64,000 nucleotides of DNA, from the sequence record DRR378314_790; one strand, written 5' to 3'. Of this stretch, positions 48,389-57,413 are shown piece by piece. The stretch's first letter is position 1. Each line of letters begins with the position of its first letter. The translations under genes were made by a program, and so were the position numbers. The notes under the pieces were generated by a model. It made no database searches and had not been told where the DNA came from. It worked only from the letters and a program-made list of their open reading frames with translations.

Positions 48389-48452
48389 CTGTTCTAGATC
48401 AAGGTTTATTAAGCACAATTGCGACGTCATAAGTTTGTTTGATTTAGATTAA
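48389..48452. promoter_or_regulatory. Two FNR-like boxes upstream of ompW (CTGTT-CTAG-ATCAA at 48389-48402; TTGAT-TTAG-ATTAA at 48439-48452)
   Basis: Near matches to TTGAT-N4-ATCAA; ompW is an FNR-regulated gene in enterobacteria. Confidence 0.55.
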
Positions 48453-48558
48453 GTTTTTGTCCACTTGTTATAGAAATATATTGACGTCGATGGATTTCGA
48501 ACTGTTCATCTTTAGGTCATGGTTTTGCGTTATAATAAGCGCCTAAATAAGGCATGCT

Positions 48559-49977
48559 ATGAATCAAACCACTTCACTTTTTCTCAATGGGTCTATCGCC
48601 AAAGCGCTTACAAAGCTCGCGATACCGATTATTCTTATCAATATCTTGCAGTCAGCTTATCAATTGACAGATGCGTTTTGGGTTGGCCGATTAGGCGCCG
48701 CTCAAGTGGCTGCTGTATCGGTGAGTATGCCAGTTACATTTTTAGTTATTGCGATAGGTTCTGGACTGGCAATGGCTGGTGCTATTTTATCTGCTCAATA
48801 TATGGGAGCGGGGCAACAAGAAAAAGTAAATCATGTTGCTGCTCAAACTATGCTAATGGTGACAATCACCGCCAGTGTATTGGGTCTGATTGGATACACT
48901 TTATCGCCATATTTTTTAACGTTGTTAGGAGTTGACGAAGTTGTTTACAACGATGCGTTGAAGTTTATGCATGTATCCTTTATTGGTGTAGTTTTTGTTT
49001 TTATTTATGCCATGTTCCAAGCATTAATGCGGGGGATTGGCCAAACGAAGGTGCCTTTAATCATTGTTAGTTGTACAGTTTTACTAAACTTTGTGCTTGA
49101 CCCTTTATTTATTTTTGGTTTTGGTGATTTTAAGGGATATGGCGTAATGGGCGCAGCGTTAGCAACGCTCGTTACGCAAAGCCTTGCTGCATTGACTGGT
49201 GTTATTATATTTATGCGCGGTCGCCATGGTATTCAATTAAGCTTATCAAGCTTTATTCCTGATTTAGCCTATATAAAGCAGGCTTTTGTTTTAGGTGCGC
49301 CAGGCTCTGTTGAGTTATCTACCCGTGCATTTGGTTTAATTATTATGTCATTTTTGGTAGCGAGCTTTGGTACTCAAACCATCGCGGCGTATGGCGTGGG
49401 TTCGAATGTGCTACAAATGATAATGATCCCAGCCATGGGATTGTCGATGGCTGTATCGACCTTGGTTGGGCAAAACATGGGGGCTGGCAATGTGAAACGT
49501 GCAGCGCAAATTACCAAACTTGCCGTCTTATGGGGGTTAATTGGATTATCAATCATTGGTGGGCTTGCTTACTTTTTTGCTTCAGCGCTGGTGGCATTTT
49601 TTATTCCTGATGATCCAGATGTTATAAACCAAGGTGCACATTTCATAAGGGTAATGAGCTTAACATGGGGTGGGATTGGGGTGCAGCTTTGTGTAGTCGC
49701 GGCATTTAGAGCGTCGGGCAATATGTTAAACGCGATGTTACTGGCCTTATTCTCTCAGTGTGTGGTTCAGTTTCCTGTTGCATATATTTTATCAAAGCAC
49801 ACACTATTAGGTGATCACGGTATTTGGTACTCGTTTGCTGTGACCAATATTGCTGTAGCTTTATTATCTTACCTGTGGTTTTGCAATGGGCGCTGGCAAC
49901 GAACACGCCTAACCAAAGAAGATAAAAATATTGCTAAAGTTACGCAAGAAGCCTTTATAGAAGAGGGGAGTCATTAA
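48559..49977 (+). CDS. MATE family efflux transporter
   Basis: LAIPIIL…DAFWVGRLG, RGIGQTKVP, NFVLDPLFIFG, GVMGAALAT; ~12 TMs. Confidence 0.92.
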   Translation: MNQTTSLFLNGSIAKALTKLAIPIILINILQSAYQLTDAFWVGRLGAAQVAAVSVSMPVTFLVIAIGSGLAMAGAILSAQYMGAGQQEKVNHVAAQTMLMVTITASVLGLIGYTLSPYFLTLLGVDEVVYNDALKFMHVSFIGVVFVFIYAMFQALMRGIGQTKVPLIIVSCTVLLNFVLDPLFIFGFGDFKGYGVMGAALATLVTQSLAALTGVIIFMRGRHGIQLSLSSFIPDLAYIKQAFVLGAPGSVELSTRAFGLIIMSFLVASFGTQTIAAYGVGSNVLQMIMIPAMGLSMAVSTLVGQNMGAGNVKRAAQITKLAVLWGLIGLSIIGGLAYFFASALVAFFIPDDPDVINQGAHFIRVMSLTWGGIGVQLCVVAAFRASGNMLNAMLLALFSQCVVQFPVAYILSKHTLLGDHGIWYSFAVTNIAVALLSYLWFCNGRWQRTRLTKEDKNIAKVTQEAFIEEGSH

Positions 49978-50032
49978 GCGGTCATAAAATCACGGTGTAA
50001 TAAACACTTCTATGTTAATAGGTGTGATTCTG

Positions 50033-51214
50033 ATGACGTTATCTATTCAACCTACATTATTTGCTAAAGAGAATGAAGCCCAAGCAGTTGTTGATTACTT
50101 ACAGACGCTGATTAAATTTAATTCTGTGACTCCGTACCAAGCGGGTGCTATTGATTGGTTAGAAAGCCAACTAGATAGACTTGGTTTTGAGTGTGAGCAA
50201 TTTACGTTTAATAATGTGACTAATTTAATCGCTAAAATACATTTTGGTGACGGGCCTATTTATGCTTTTTCGGGGCATATTGATGTTGTTCCAGCCACAG
50301 CTGAACATTGGTGTGTGGCACCTTTCTCTGGCGCTATTTTAAACGACGCTGTTTATGGACGCGGTGCTGCTGACATGAAAGGAGGTGTGGCTGCTATGCT
50401 GCGTGCGACTGAGCAGTTAGTTGTTAATAAAGAAGCTAAAAAAGGCACCTTTTATTGGCTAATTACCTCAGATGAAGAGGGGGAGGCCGAATATGGCTCT
50501 TTATTAATTGCGGAGCGTCTAGCTCAACAAGGAGTTAAGTTAGATGGATGTATTGTGGGTGAACCAACGAGCAATTTACATGTTGGTGACACAATAAAGA
50601 ATGGACGACGTGGTGCGCTGTCAGCGCGTTTAAATATAAAAGGAAAGGCTGGTCATGTTGCCTATCCCGAAAATACGATTAATGCAGCTCACTTAAGTGC
50701 AGACGTAGTTAAACGCCTAACTAACATTGATTGGTCTTGCGATGAGCCAGGTTCCAATACTAGTCTACAAATTACCGGGATCAACATCGACAATGTGGTT
50801 GATAATATGGTGCCAGCTCAGTGTGAGGTAACGTTTAATGTGCGATACAGCCACGGCTATAAAAGCGCTGATATAAAAAATGAAATTCAATTTGCGCTTG
50901 GCGATTTAGCGCAAAACCTCAATATAGAATGGGAGCGTCCGTGTGAATCATTTTATACCAGCCACCAGTCTAAAAATTGTTTATTAGCGCATGTCGAGCA
51001 AGCAGTATTGAGTGTGACAGGAAGCTATCCTCTATTAAGCACCAGTGGTGGCACATCTGATGGGCGCTTTTTTGCTAATAATCATACTCAAGTGATTGAA
51101 TGCGGGGTCCGAAATAATACAATTCATCAAGTCAATGAACATGTGCCAATTGACGACTTAGTTAAAATTGAATCCATTTATACTACTTTGTTAACTACTC
51201 TTTTTCGATGTTAG
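50033..51214 (+). CDS. dapE: Succinyl-diaminopimelate desuccinylase-like M20 peptidase (possibly a paralog)
   Basis: SGHIDVVP, GRGAADMKG, SDEEG, VGEP, KNGRRG, GHVAYP, GGTSDGRF, TIHQVNE. Confidence 0.85.
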   Translation: MTLSIQPTLFAKENEAQAVVDYLQTLIKFNSVTPYQAGAIDWLESQLDRLGFECEQFTFNNVTNLIAKIHFGDGPIYAFSGHIDVVPATAEHWCVAPFSGAILNDAVYGRGAADMKGGVAAMLRATEQLVVNKEAKKGTFYWLITSDEEGEAEYGSLLIAERLAQQGVKLDGCIVGEPTSNLHVGDTIKNGRRGALSARLNIKGKAGHVAYPENTINAAHLSADVVKRLTNIDWSCDEPGSNTSLQITGINIDNVVDNMVPAQCEVTFNVRYSHGYKSADIKNEIQFALGDLAQNLNIEWERPCESFYTSHQSKNCLLAHVEQAVLSVTGSYPLLSTSGGTSDGRFFANNHTQVIECGVRNNTIHQVNEHVPIDDLVKIESIYTTLLTTLFRC

Positions 51215-51598
51215 CCAGTTTGACAGTTGCTTACATCTTTGTTACTTTTTTGGGTAAGCTTTCTGTAAGTAATCAGATATTTTCTAGTTACAAAATCAGA
51301 AATACCTGTTCTCACTCATTACTATTTTGGCTTTATAGTCAATTTTGTAAAACTCAGCAAAAGTATAATGTTTATCACAAAAATGAGAACCGAGTATGTG
51401 AGAGTCGGAGTTAGTTTAAAGAAAAGTTAAATTCTATTATTGGTGAGTATGTAGTCTCTAAACAGATTGACTCCATAGTTTATCTGATACGACTAATTTT
51501 TCTGCAAGTAGACTTAAGCTTAACTTTACATACATATGAAGCGTATCGATCAAAAGATGCGCTTTATTTTAGTTCATTATACAAATAAAGGTTATCGT

Positions 51599-51754
51599 AT
51601 GGGCATATCAGGTTTAGGTGTTTTAGGTACGTTGCTCGTTTTAGTTTCAATATTTTTGGTTGCACTGATACCATTTTATATTGTCTATATCATAGTAAAA
51701 AAAGCTGTGAAGAGTGGAATAGAAGAATCCTTGAATAAACACAAAGATGCATAA
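51599..51754 (+). CDS. Small single-TM membrane protein (51 aa)
   Basis: AAAGG RBS before ATG 51599, hydrophobic helix followed by KKAVKSGIEE, terminator downstream. Confidence 0.6.
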   Translation: MGISGLGVLGTLLVLVSIFLVALIPFYIVYIIVKKAVKSGIEESLNKHKDA

Positions 51755-51781
51755 AAGATATTTGAACATTGTTTCTGAGTT

Positions 51782-51809
51782 ACCCCACAACATTAGGTTG
51801 TGGGGTTTT
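51782..51809. terminator. Terminator hairpin between convergent genes
   Basis: ACCCCACAAC-ATTAG-GTTGTGGGGTTTT. Confidence 0.75.
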
Positions 51810-51812
51810 AAA

Positions 51813-53531
51813 TTATAAGGTCGCTTTGCCCAAATAGCGTTTTGCTTTACTTGCTTTGACTTTTTTAAGATCCACTAATACCAGCCCATCAATACAGTTA
51901 TTGAACTCTGGGTCTACGCTAAAACTTAAAAACTGCACGCCACCAGGCTCACACAATTCTGTGTATTGCTTAAACAAGGTAGGAACTTGTGCCCCCATGT
52001 TGGCAAGAATATGTTTAAGCTCAACAAAGTCCTCTTTGATATCATCACCGCAAAAAATGCTTTGGCATTGTTTAAGCTGCTGCTCTGTCGGTTTAAATTC
52101 ATTGTTTGGCGTGGCAATTATGTCTTTTGTACCATAGTAATGCTGGTAGTAATGAACCAACATGGCTTTAGCCTGATCAGGTAGTGCATTAGATACACTG
52201 ACAGCACCATAGAGATAACGATACTGGGGGTAGTTTTGTATAAATGCCCCGATACCGTACCATAAATAATCTAAGCTTTTGCGTCCCCAATATTTAGGTT
52301 GCACGAAACTACGACCAAGCTCAATGCCTGCTGCAAAATAAGGGGTCATCTCATCACTATAAGAAAATAAGCTATCCGTGTATAACCCTTTTCGTCCCTG
52401 TTTATCAATAACTTCCTGAGCACATGCTAGACGGTATGCTCCTACTAACTCGAGTTGGTTTGGATCCCATAATACGAGATGCTGATAGTCCATATCATAT
52501 TTATCGATATCACGGCGCTTTCCACTGCCTTCACCCACTGTGCGAAACGATATTTCGCGCAAACGACCCAACTCTCTAAAAATGGCGGAGCTTCCTTGGT
52601 ATTGGTACAAATATATTTTCATACCGTCGCTCGTTGTTCCGAGTAACTGACAAGCCTCAATGGCCTTTTTAAGTTCTTTTTTACACTCAGATGATGCAAT
52701 TGGGGTTTGTGTTTTTAGAGGAAGTGTTTTTTTACTTACCAATCGATATAGCTGCTTTCTAATGAGGTTAACGACTTCTTTATCTTTCAAATTTTCAATT
52801 AAATACGATTCAGGAGGAATTGATGCGCCTATTTCAAACTCAAGAGATTTTTGTCGTTGTTTAAACATTTCCTTCACTAACAATAAGCTAGCCAATGGCT
52901 TGTAGATCATGGATGTGCCATAAAATAATGGACTATTTTTTGCTTTGATAAAAATGGGTAAAATGGCGCAGTTCGCTTTTTTAGCTATGCGAAGAAAGCC
53001 GCTATTCCACTTGCAATCTTTGATGCCCGTTGGGCTTAGGCGAGAGACTTCCCCAGCAGGAAAAATTAAAATAGCGCCCTCATCTTTAAGATGCTTATGA
53101 ATATTGCTTAGTTCTTTCTTTTTACTGGTGCCAGAGAGGTTATCGACAGGTAACAGTAAAGAGTGCATAGGCGTTACTGACATCAACATTCGATTAGCGA
53201 CTACTTTTAAATCTTTTCGGGCACTAAATAAAACTTTGATCAACGCTAAAGCATCTAATGATCCGATAGGGTGGTTAGCAACAATTACTAGCTTGCCCTC
53301 ACTGGGAATATTCTCGATTTGCTTAGGCTTATAGCGGGTATCAAAGTCAAGCTCATCTAATACTTGCTCTACAAACTCGATACCTTCTAAATGTGGGTAA
53401 GCATCGCCAAATGCAACAAACTCTTGCTCATGGAGTAAGTAACCCAACCCTTTTTTAACTAACCCTTTTACCTTCGGAGAGTTTTCTAATTGTGGAAGGT
53501 TAGCCGCAATAACTTTATCAACACTGATCAT
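51813..53531 (-). CDS. Bifunctional PlsC-type acyltransferase + GNAT N-acyltransferase (OlsF-like ornithine/aminolipid synthase); start ATG 53531
   Basis: ANHPIGSLD (HxxxxD), IFPAGEVS; GNAT region GRLREISFR, DIDKYD, VGAYRL, ELGRSFV, LWYGIG. Confidence 0.85.
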   Translation of the reverse strand: MISVDKVIAANLPQLENSPKVKGLVKKGLGYLLHEQEFVAFGDAYPHLEGIEFVEQVLDELDFDTRYKPKQIENIPSEGKLVIVANHPIGSLDALALIKVLFSARKDLKVVANRMLMSVTPMHSLLLPVDNLSGTSKKKELSNIHKHLKDEGAILIFPAGEVSRLSPTGIKDCKWNSGFLRIAKKANCAILPIFIKAKNSPLFYGTSMIYKPLASLLLVKEMFKQRQKSLEFEIGASIPPESYLIENLKDKEVVNLIRKQLYRLVSKKTLPLKTQTPIASSECKKELKKAIEACQLLGTTSDGMKIYLYQYQGSSAIFRELGRLREISFRTVGEGSGKRRDIDKYDMDYQHLVLWDPNQLELVGAYRLACAQEVIDKQGRKGLYTDSLFSYSDEMTPYFAAGIELGRSFVQPKYWGRKSLDYLWYGIGAFIQNYPQYRYLYGAVSVSNALPDQAKAMLVHYYQHYYGTKDIIATPNNEFKPTEQQLKQCQSIFCGDDIKEDFVELKHILANMGAQVPTLFKQYTELCEPGGVQFLSFSVDPEFNNCIDGLVLVDLKKVKASKAKRYLGKATL

Positions 53532-53583
53532 AATTACCTCATTGTCTTTGGTGATCAATATACGAACAGATTAAAAGTTTGCT

Positions 53584-53612
53584 ATGACAGTTAGGTTGCA
53601 GTTGTATGACTT
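53584..53612 (-). promoter_or_regulatory. Pho box (three 11-bp direct repeats) upstream of the OlsF-like gene
   Basis: Minus strand reads AAGTCAT-ACAA-CTGCAAC-CTAA-CTGTCAT, matching the PhoB CTGTCAT-N4 repeat. Confidence 0.7.
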
Positions 53613-53684
53613 TTTAAAGAGGGTATTTAACATTGGTGTTTATTGAAGTGTTTAATATAATGAAAAAAAACGGTAGAGAAAAAT

Positions 53685-54605
53685 ATGCACTTACTCATCG
53701 CGATTAGTAACCGAGACTGCACAAAGTTAGTTAAAACACTGCAAACATACTTACCCGATGTGGAAATCTCACTGTGGCCACATTGTCGTAATTTACATAC
53801 TGTAGAATTTGTCGTTGCATGGCTTGCGCCTGAGCAAATGTGGCAACAATTACCCAATCTTAAAGCTGTCTCATCATTCGGCGCTGGGGTTGATAGTATA
53901 AACTTAGACTTGTTAGCTGATGATGTTGTGGTTACACGAATCGTTGATGACGCATTAGCCGATGATATGGCTGAATACGTGTTAACTCACATTCTAGCGC
54001 AAAAACTGAAATTAAAAGAGTATTTTAGTAAGCAGCAAGCTCAGCTTTGGCAACCCAAACGAGCACATAAATTTAACCATGTAGTATTTTTGGGCTTTGG
54101 CCAATTAGGCCAGCACTGCGCTAAACGCTTACTTGCCAATAAATTAGTCGTAAGTGCTTTTTCACAAAGCCCGAAACAATTTACTGATGTAACCTGCGTT
54201 CATAGCCAAGAAGGACTGACAAATATTTTATCTAAAGCAGATTACCTCGTATGCTTATTACCTTTAACGGCCCACACTGAAAATATTATTGATAAAGCGC
54301 TATTAACTCAGCTTCCTGAGCATGGCGTTGTGATCAATGTGGCTCGTGGTCAGCATGTTGTTGAAGAGGACTTAATTTGGGCACTTGACAATAACGTTAT
54401 ACGCGCAGCGACCTTAGATGTTTTTAGGCAAGAACCATTGCCGAAAGAGCATCCATTTTGGTCTCATGATGCAATTACAGTCACTCCACACTGCGCTGCT
54501 TTGTCGAGTATTGCCAATGTAGCAAAGCAAATAGCAGACAATGTCCAACTCCTCGATAAAGGGTTAGAACTAAATCATCAGGTTGATAGAACAAAAGGTT
54601 ATTAA
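53685..54605 (+). CDS. ghrA: Glyoxylate/hydroxypyruvate reductase A (D-2-hydroxyacid dehydrogenase)
   Basis: FGAGVD, MAEYV, LGFGQLG, LLPLT, INVARG, LDVF..EPLP, TPHCAA, VDRTKGY. Confidence 0.88.
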   Translation: MHLLIAISNRDCTKLVKTLQTYLPDVEISLWPHCRNLHTVEFVVAWLAPEQMWQQLPNLKAVSSFGAGVDSINLDLLADDVVVTRIVDDALADDMAEYVLTHILAQKLKLKEYFSKQQAQLWQPKRAHKFNHVVFLGFGQLGQHCAKRLLANKLVVSAFSQSPKQFTDVTCVHSQEGLTNILSKADYLVCLLPLTAHTENIIDKALLTQLPEHGVVINVARGQHVVEEDLIWALDNNVIRAATLDVFRQEPLPKEHPFWSHDAITVTPHCAALSSIANVAKQIADNVQLLDKGLELNHQVDRTKGY

Positions 54606-54703
54606 AATTTGAACAATTCATGGTGTATACATGTTGTTAACATGTGTGATTTTAGTTATTGTAGATGTGTTGCGAAAAAATAATAATAAAAACAAGGTTA
54701 ACT

Positions 54704-54835
54704 ATGAAACACCAACAAGGCGGCGTTAAATTTAGTCTCATTGTTCTATCAGTCATCCTTATGGGTGTATCAGCATGGTTTAATCAGGCTAATGCCGATG
54801 AGCCAAATCAAGCTGAAATCACCCAACAGGATTAA
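54704..54835 (+). CDS. Unannotated 43-aa small protein (MKHQQGGVKFSLIVLSVILMGVSAWFNQANADEPNQAEITQQD)
   Basis: AACAAGG RBS; hydrophobic core and A-N-A cleavage-like motif; below the ORF track cutoff. Confidence 0.6.
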   Translation: MKHQQGGVKFSLIVLSVILMGVSAWFNQANADEPNQAEITQQD

Positions 54836-54854
54836 TCATACCCGTTGCGAGAGC

Positions 54855-55433
54855 TCAGCGCTTAGCATGGCGCTCTCGATTCTCATGTTTTTTCTCATCA
54901 CTCTTTTTCAGTAAAACATAGGTAGCACCTATACCGCCGTGCTGCTTTAATGCTGTGTGAAATGCTAAAATGTAATCTAGCTCTTGTAACCATTTGTTGG
55001 TGTAACTTTTTAATATACCAGGTGTTTTCTTATTTTTAATACCGATACCGTGACGTATTAAAACTACGCGGATATTTCTTGCTTGGCAGTCAGTGATAAA
55101 ATCGAATAATGATTCTCTAGCGGACTTTAACGGCTGCCCGTGTAGATCTAGCGTGGCGTCAACTTGGTACTTCGCTAAGCGTAGATTTTTAAATACACCA
55201 TCCTGGACACCCGCATTTTTATAACTTAAAAGTGAATCTGGGGGTAAAAGCTCTACACGCTCACTGCGAAGGTAATTCTCATCAACCGATAAATCTGCTT
55301 CAGCTGCTTTTCTCTTTTCTTGCTGTGATAAAGAAGGGGCCGTCTTTGAGTGTTGTAATTTGACCGTGTCATGATTTAACGGCTTTACATCTTCCATGGA
55401 TGATAAAAATAAATCAAAATCAGATACTGACAT
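54855..55433 (-). CDS. smrA: Smr-domain DNA endonuclease
   Basis: LDLHG, VLIRHGIG, LKSY..KWL, AFHTA…HGGIGATYVLL. Confidence 0.88.
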   Translation of the reverse strand: MSVSDFDLFLSSMEDVKPLNHDTVKLQHSKTAPSLSQQEKRKAAEADLSVDENYLRSERVELLPPDSLLSYKNAGVQDGVFKNLRLAKYQVDATLDLHGQPLKSARESLFDFITDCQARNIRVVLIRHGIGIKNKKTPGILKSYTNKWLQELDYILAFHTALKQHGGIGATYVLLKKSDEKKHENRERHAKR

Positions 55434-55503
55434 AGGTCACCTTAAATTAGCCTTATACGTAGCGGATTTTAGCCTAGTTCACCTTTTTAGTCATTGAGCA
55501 GAT

Positions 55504-55542
55504 AAAAAAATACCTCGGTGAGTCATCTCAGCGAGGTATAAA
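55504..55542 (-). terminator. Probable terminator after the small membrane protein gene
   Basis: AAAAAAATACCTCG…CGAGGTAT inverted repeat with A-run. Confidence 0.6.
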
Positions 55543-55560
55543 ATTATCTTGGGAGAGATA

Positions 55561-55806
55561 TTAATTCGTCGTTACATTTAGTTGCCCAAAAGTATAAACT
55601 TTGAACAGGTAGAATGTATTGATCAACACTAAGCTCATATTTGAAATAACACTCGAAGACATTAAGTCTAAACTAAACGATAAAAACAGTAATACGCAGG
55701 CGCTAACAGCTGCAATACGTAGTAAAGTTAGTTGATTGATAAATAGCGCCCCTAATCCAAGGGCTAACAGAATAAAATTTAAAAGCCAATCTAGCTCGTT
55801 TAACAT
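55561..55806 (-). CDS. Small hydrophobic membrane protein (~81 aa)
   Basis: Three hydrophobic segments; likely start ATG 55806. Confidence 0.6.
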   Translation of the reverse strand: MLNELDWLLNFILLALGLGALFINQLTLLRIAAVSACVLLFLSFSLDLMSSSVISNMSLVLINTFYLFKVYTFGQLNVTTN

Positions 55807-55905
55807 GGTCGTTTCAGTGTACTTGTGGTGAAAAAGGAGCGCCATTATGGTGATCTTTTACACAGCTTTCAACCAAGTAATTTTGTAATTTTCAGATTAG
55901 TTTTA

Positions 55906-56352
55906 TTAATCCAAAATAAGTTTTTTCATCGCGGCAAAAAAGCCACTTTTTTCTGTTACTCGGTACTTTTGGCATGTAGCTGGTTGCTTAAGGTCTTGGC
56001 AAAGGTAAATTGTATTGCGCTCCAGATCGGCTCTAGGCTGCAAGCTAGAGTCAAATAGATTAGCACCATAGCCGAATAGGCCTGGCCAATAGACACTCTG
56101 GGTAACTAAACCTAGCTTCTGATAAGTTATCAATTGTGGTTTTGGCGTAATTAAAAAGCCTAATACGATAACAATTAAACTTATTATTAATTTTCGGCTT
56201 TTTGGCTTGTTTTCATCCGCACTCACATTATTCGCTGTATTGGCAGTACTTTGAGCTGTGGCTGCGGTTGTTTTCTTCGCTGAAGACTTTTGCGTTTTAT
56301 TTCGCTGTGGCGTTTTCCCCAACAGAGATTGTTTTTTTATTTTATTTGACAT
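55906..56352 (-). CDS. Hypothetical single-TM protein with basic low-complexity N-terminus
   Basis: ORF with TM LIISLIVIVLGFLI and a C-terminal Cys pair. Confidence 0.65.
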   Translation of the reverse strand: MSNKIKKQSLLGKTPQRNKTQKSSAKKTTAATAQSTANTANNVSADENKPKSRKLIISLIVIVLGFLITPKPQLITYQKLGLVTQSVYWPGLFGYGANLFDSSLQPRADLERNTIYLCQDLKQPATCQKYRVTEKSGFFAAMKKLILD

Positions 56353-56460
56353 AAAGCAAATCTGGCCTTTTAAGCAGGTGTCTCTATAATGAGATCAGTG
56401 TATTAAAAAATTCTTAAGTATAATAACTTAAACCTAGCGGATAGCCTATGGGGATCAAGT

Positions 56461-56844
56461 ATGAATGCGCAGCTTTCAATTTTAATAGTCGATGATGTAG
56501 GTACGGTTCGTAGCTTTTTGCATCAAACACTTATGCATTTAGGGATAGAGAAGGTAAGAGAAGCGTCTACAGCAGCCCAATGCATTAGCGCTTGCCAAGA
56601 GGCCGATTACAATATTATTTTTTTAGACATTGAGTTGCCAGATGGCGATGGCAAAGAAATAATTGCGAAGATAAATGAAATCAACCCCGCTTCGAATGTT
56701 GTGATGGTTTCAGCACACTCAACAGTTGAGAACGTTAAAGACGCTATTGATAAGGGAGCAAAGGGGTTTGTAGTTAAACCTTTTACACCAAAGAAAATAG
56801 CAGCCATGCTGAAAAAGTTTTATCCAGACCTTGAAATAGCCTGA
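56461..56844 (+). CDS. Single-domain CheY-like response regulator
   Basis: ILIVDD, FLDIELPDGDG (phospho-Asp), MVSA, VKPF. Confidence 0.9.
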   Translation: MNAQLSILIVDDVGTVRSFLHQTLMHLGIEKVREASTAAQCISACQEADYNIIFLDIELPDGDGKEIIAKINEINPASNVVMVSAHSTVENVKDAIDKGAKGFVVKPFTPKKIAAMLKKFYPDLEIA

Positions 56845-56853
56845 TTCAGATAC

Positions 56854-56880
56854 AAAAAAACCGGCCAAGGCCGGTTTTTT
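56854..56880. terminator. Bidirectional terminator after rpsT and the response regulator
   Basis: AAAAAAACCGGCC-AA-GGCCGGTTTTTT. Confidence 0.9.
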
Positions 56881-56898
56881 ATATTCTACAAAAACAAA

Positions 56899-57159
56899 TT
56901 ATAGTGCTTTGATCTTAGCAGCTAAACGGCTCTTATGACGAGCAGCTTTGTTTTTGTGAATTAGACCTTTAGTTGCGTAACGGTCTAAAATTGGTGTAGC
57001 AACTGCGAAAGCTTGCTGTGCAGCTTCCTTGTCGCCCGCTTCAATAGCAACAACTACTTTTTTGAAGTATGTACGCATCATTGAACGACGGCTTGCGTTA
57101 TGCTGACGGTTTTTTTCGCTAGTGATAGCGCGTTTTTTTGCAGACTTGATGTTAGCCAA
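56899..57159 (-). CDS. rpsT: 30S ribosomal protein S20
   Basis: [11 protein letters not shown]…[16 protein letters not shown]. Confidence 0.99.
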   Translation of the reverse strand: MANIKSAKKRAITSEKNRQHNASRRSMMRTYFKKVVVAIEAGDKEAAQQAFAVATPILDRYATKGLIHKNKAARHKSRLAAKIKAL

Positions 57160-57413
57160 GGTTTGCTCCTAACAATCTTAAAATAAGCTTAATTTAAAGG
57201 CCGTGGAATATGCCTTTTTTAATCATGATTGTCAATAAAAAATTGACAAAACAAGAAAAACTGCTCCTTTGTAACGAACATCAATTTGCCGCTCTAGCAG
57301 TTAATATCCCTATTGTAACAAAGCCCATGCACTGAGCCTAGTGCTTTAGAGCGATTTATAAAAAAGACTGTGGCATAATTAACTTTCTCATTGGTTTTTA
57401 AGCAGGTTTTAGT

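Noticed and set aside
51208-51414. 68-aa ORF overlapping the dapE stop
   Set aside because: No RBS or recognisable features; likely a chance ORF in AT-rich intergenic DNA.
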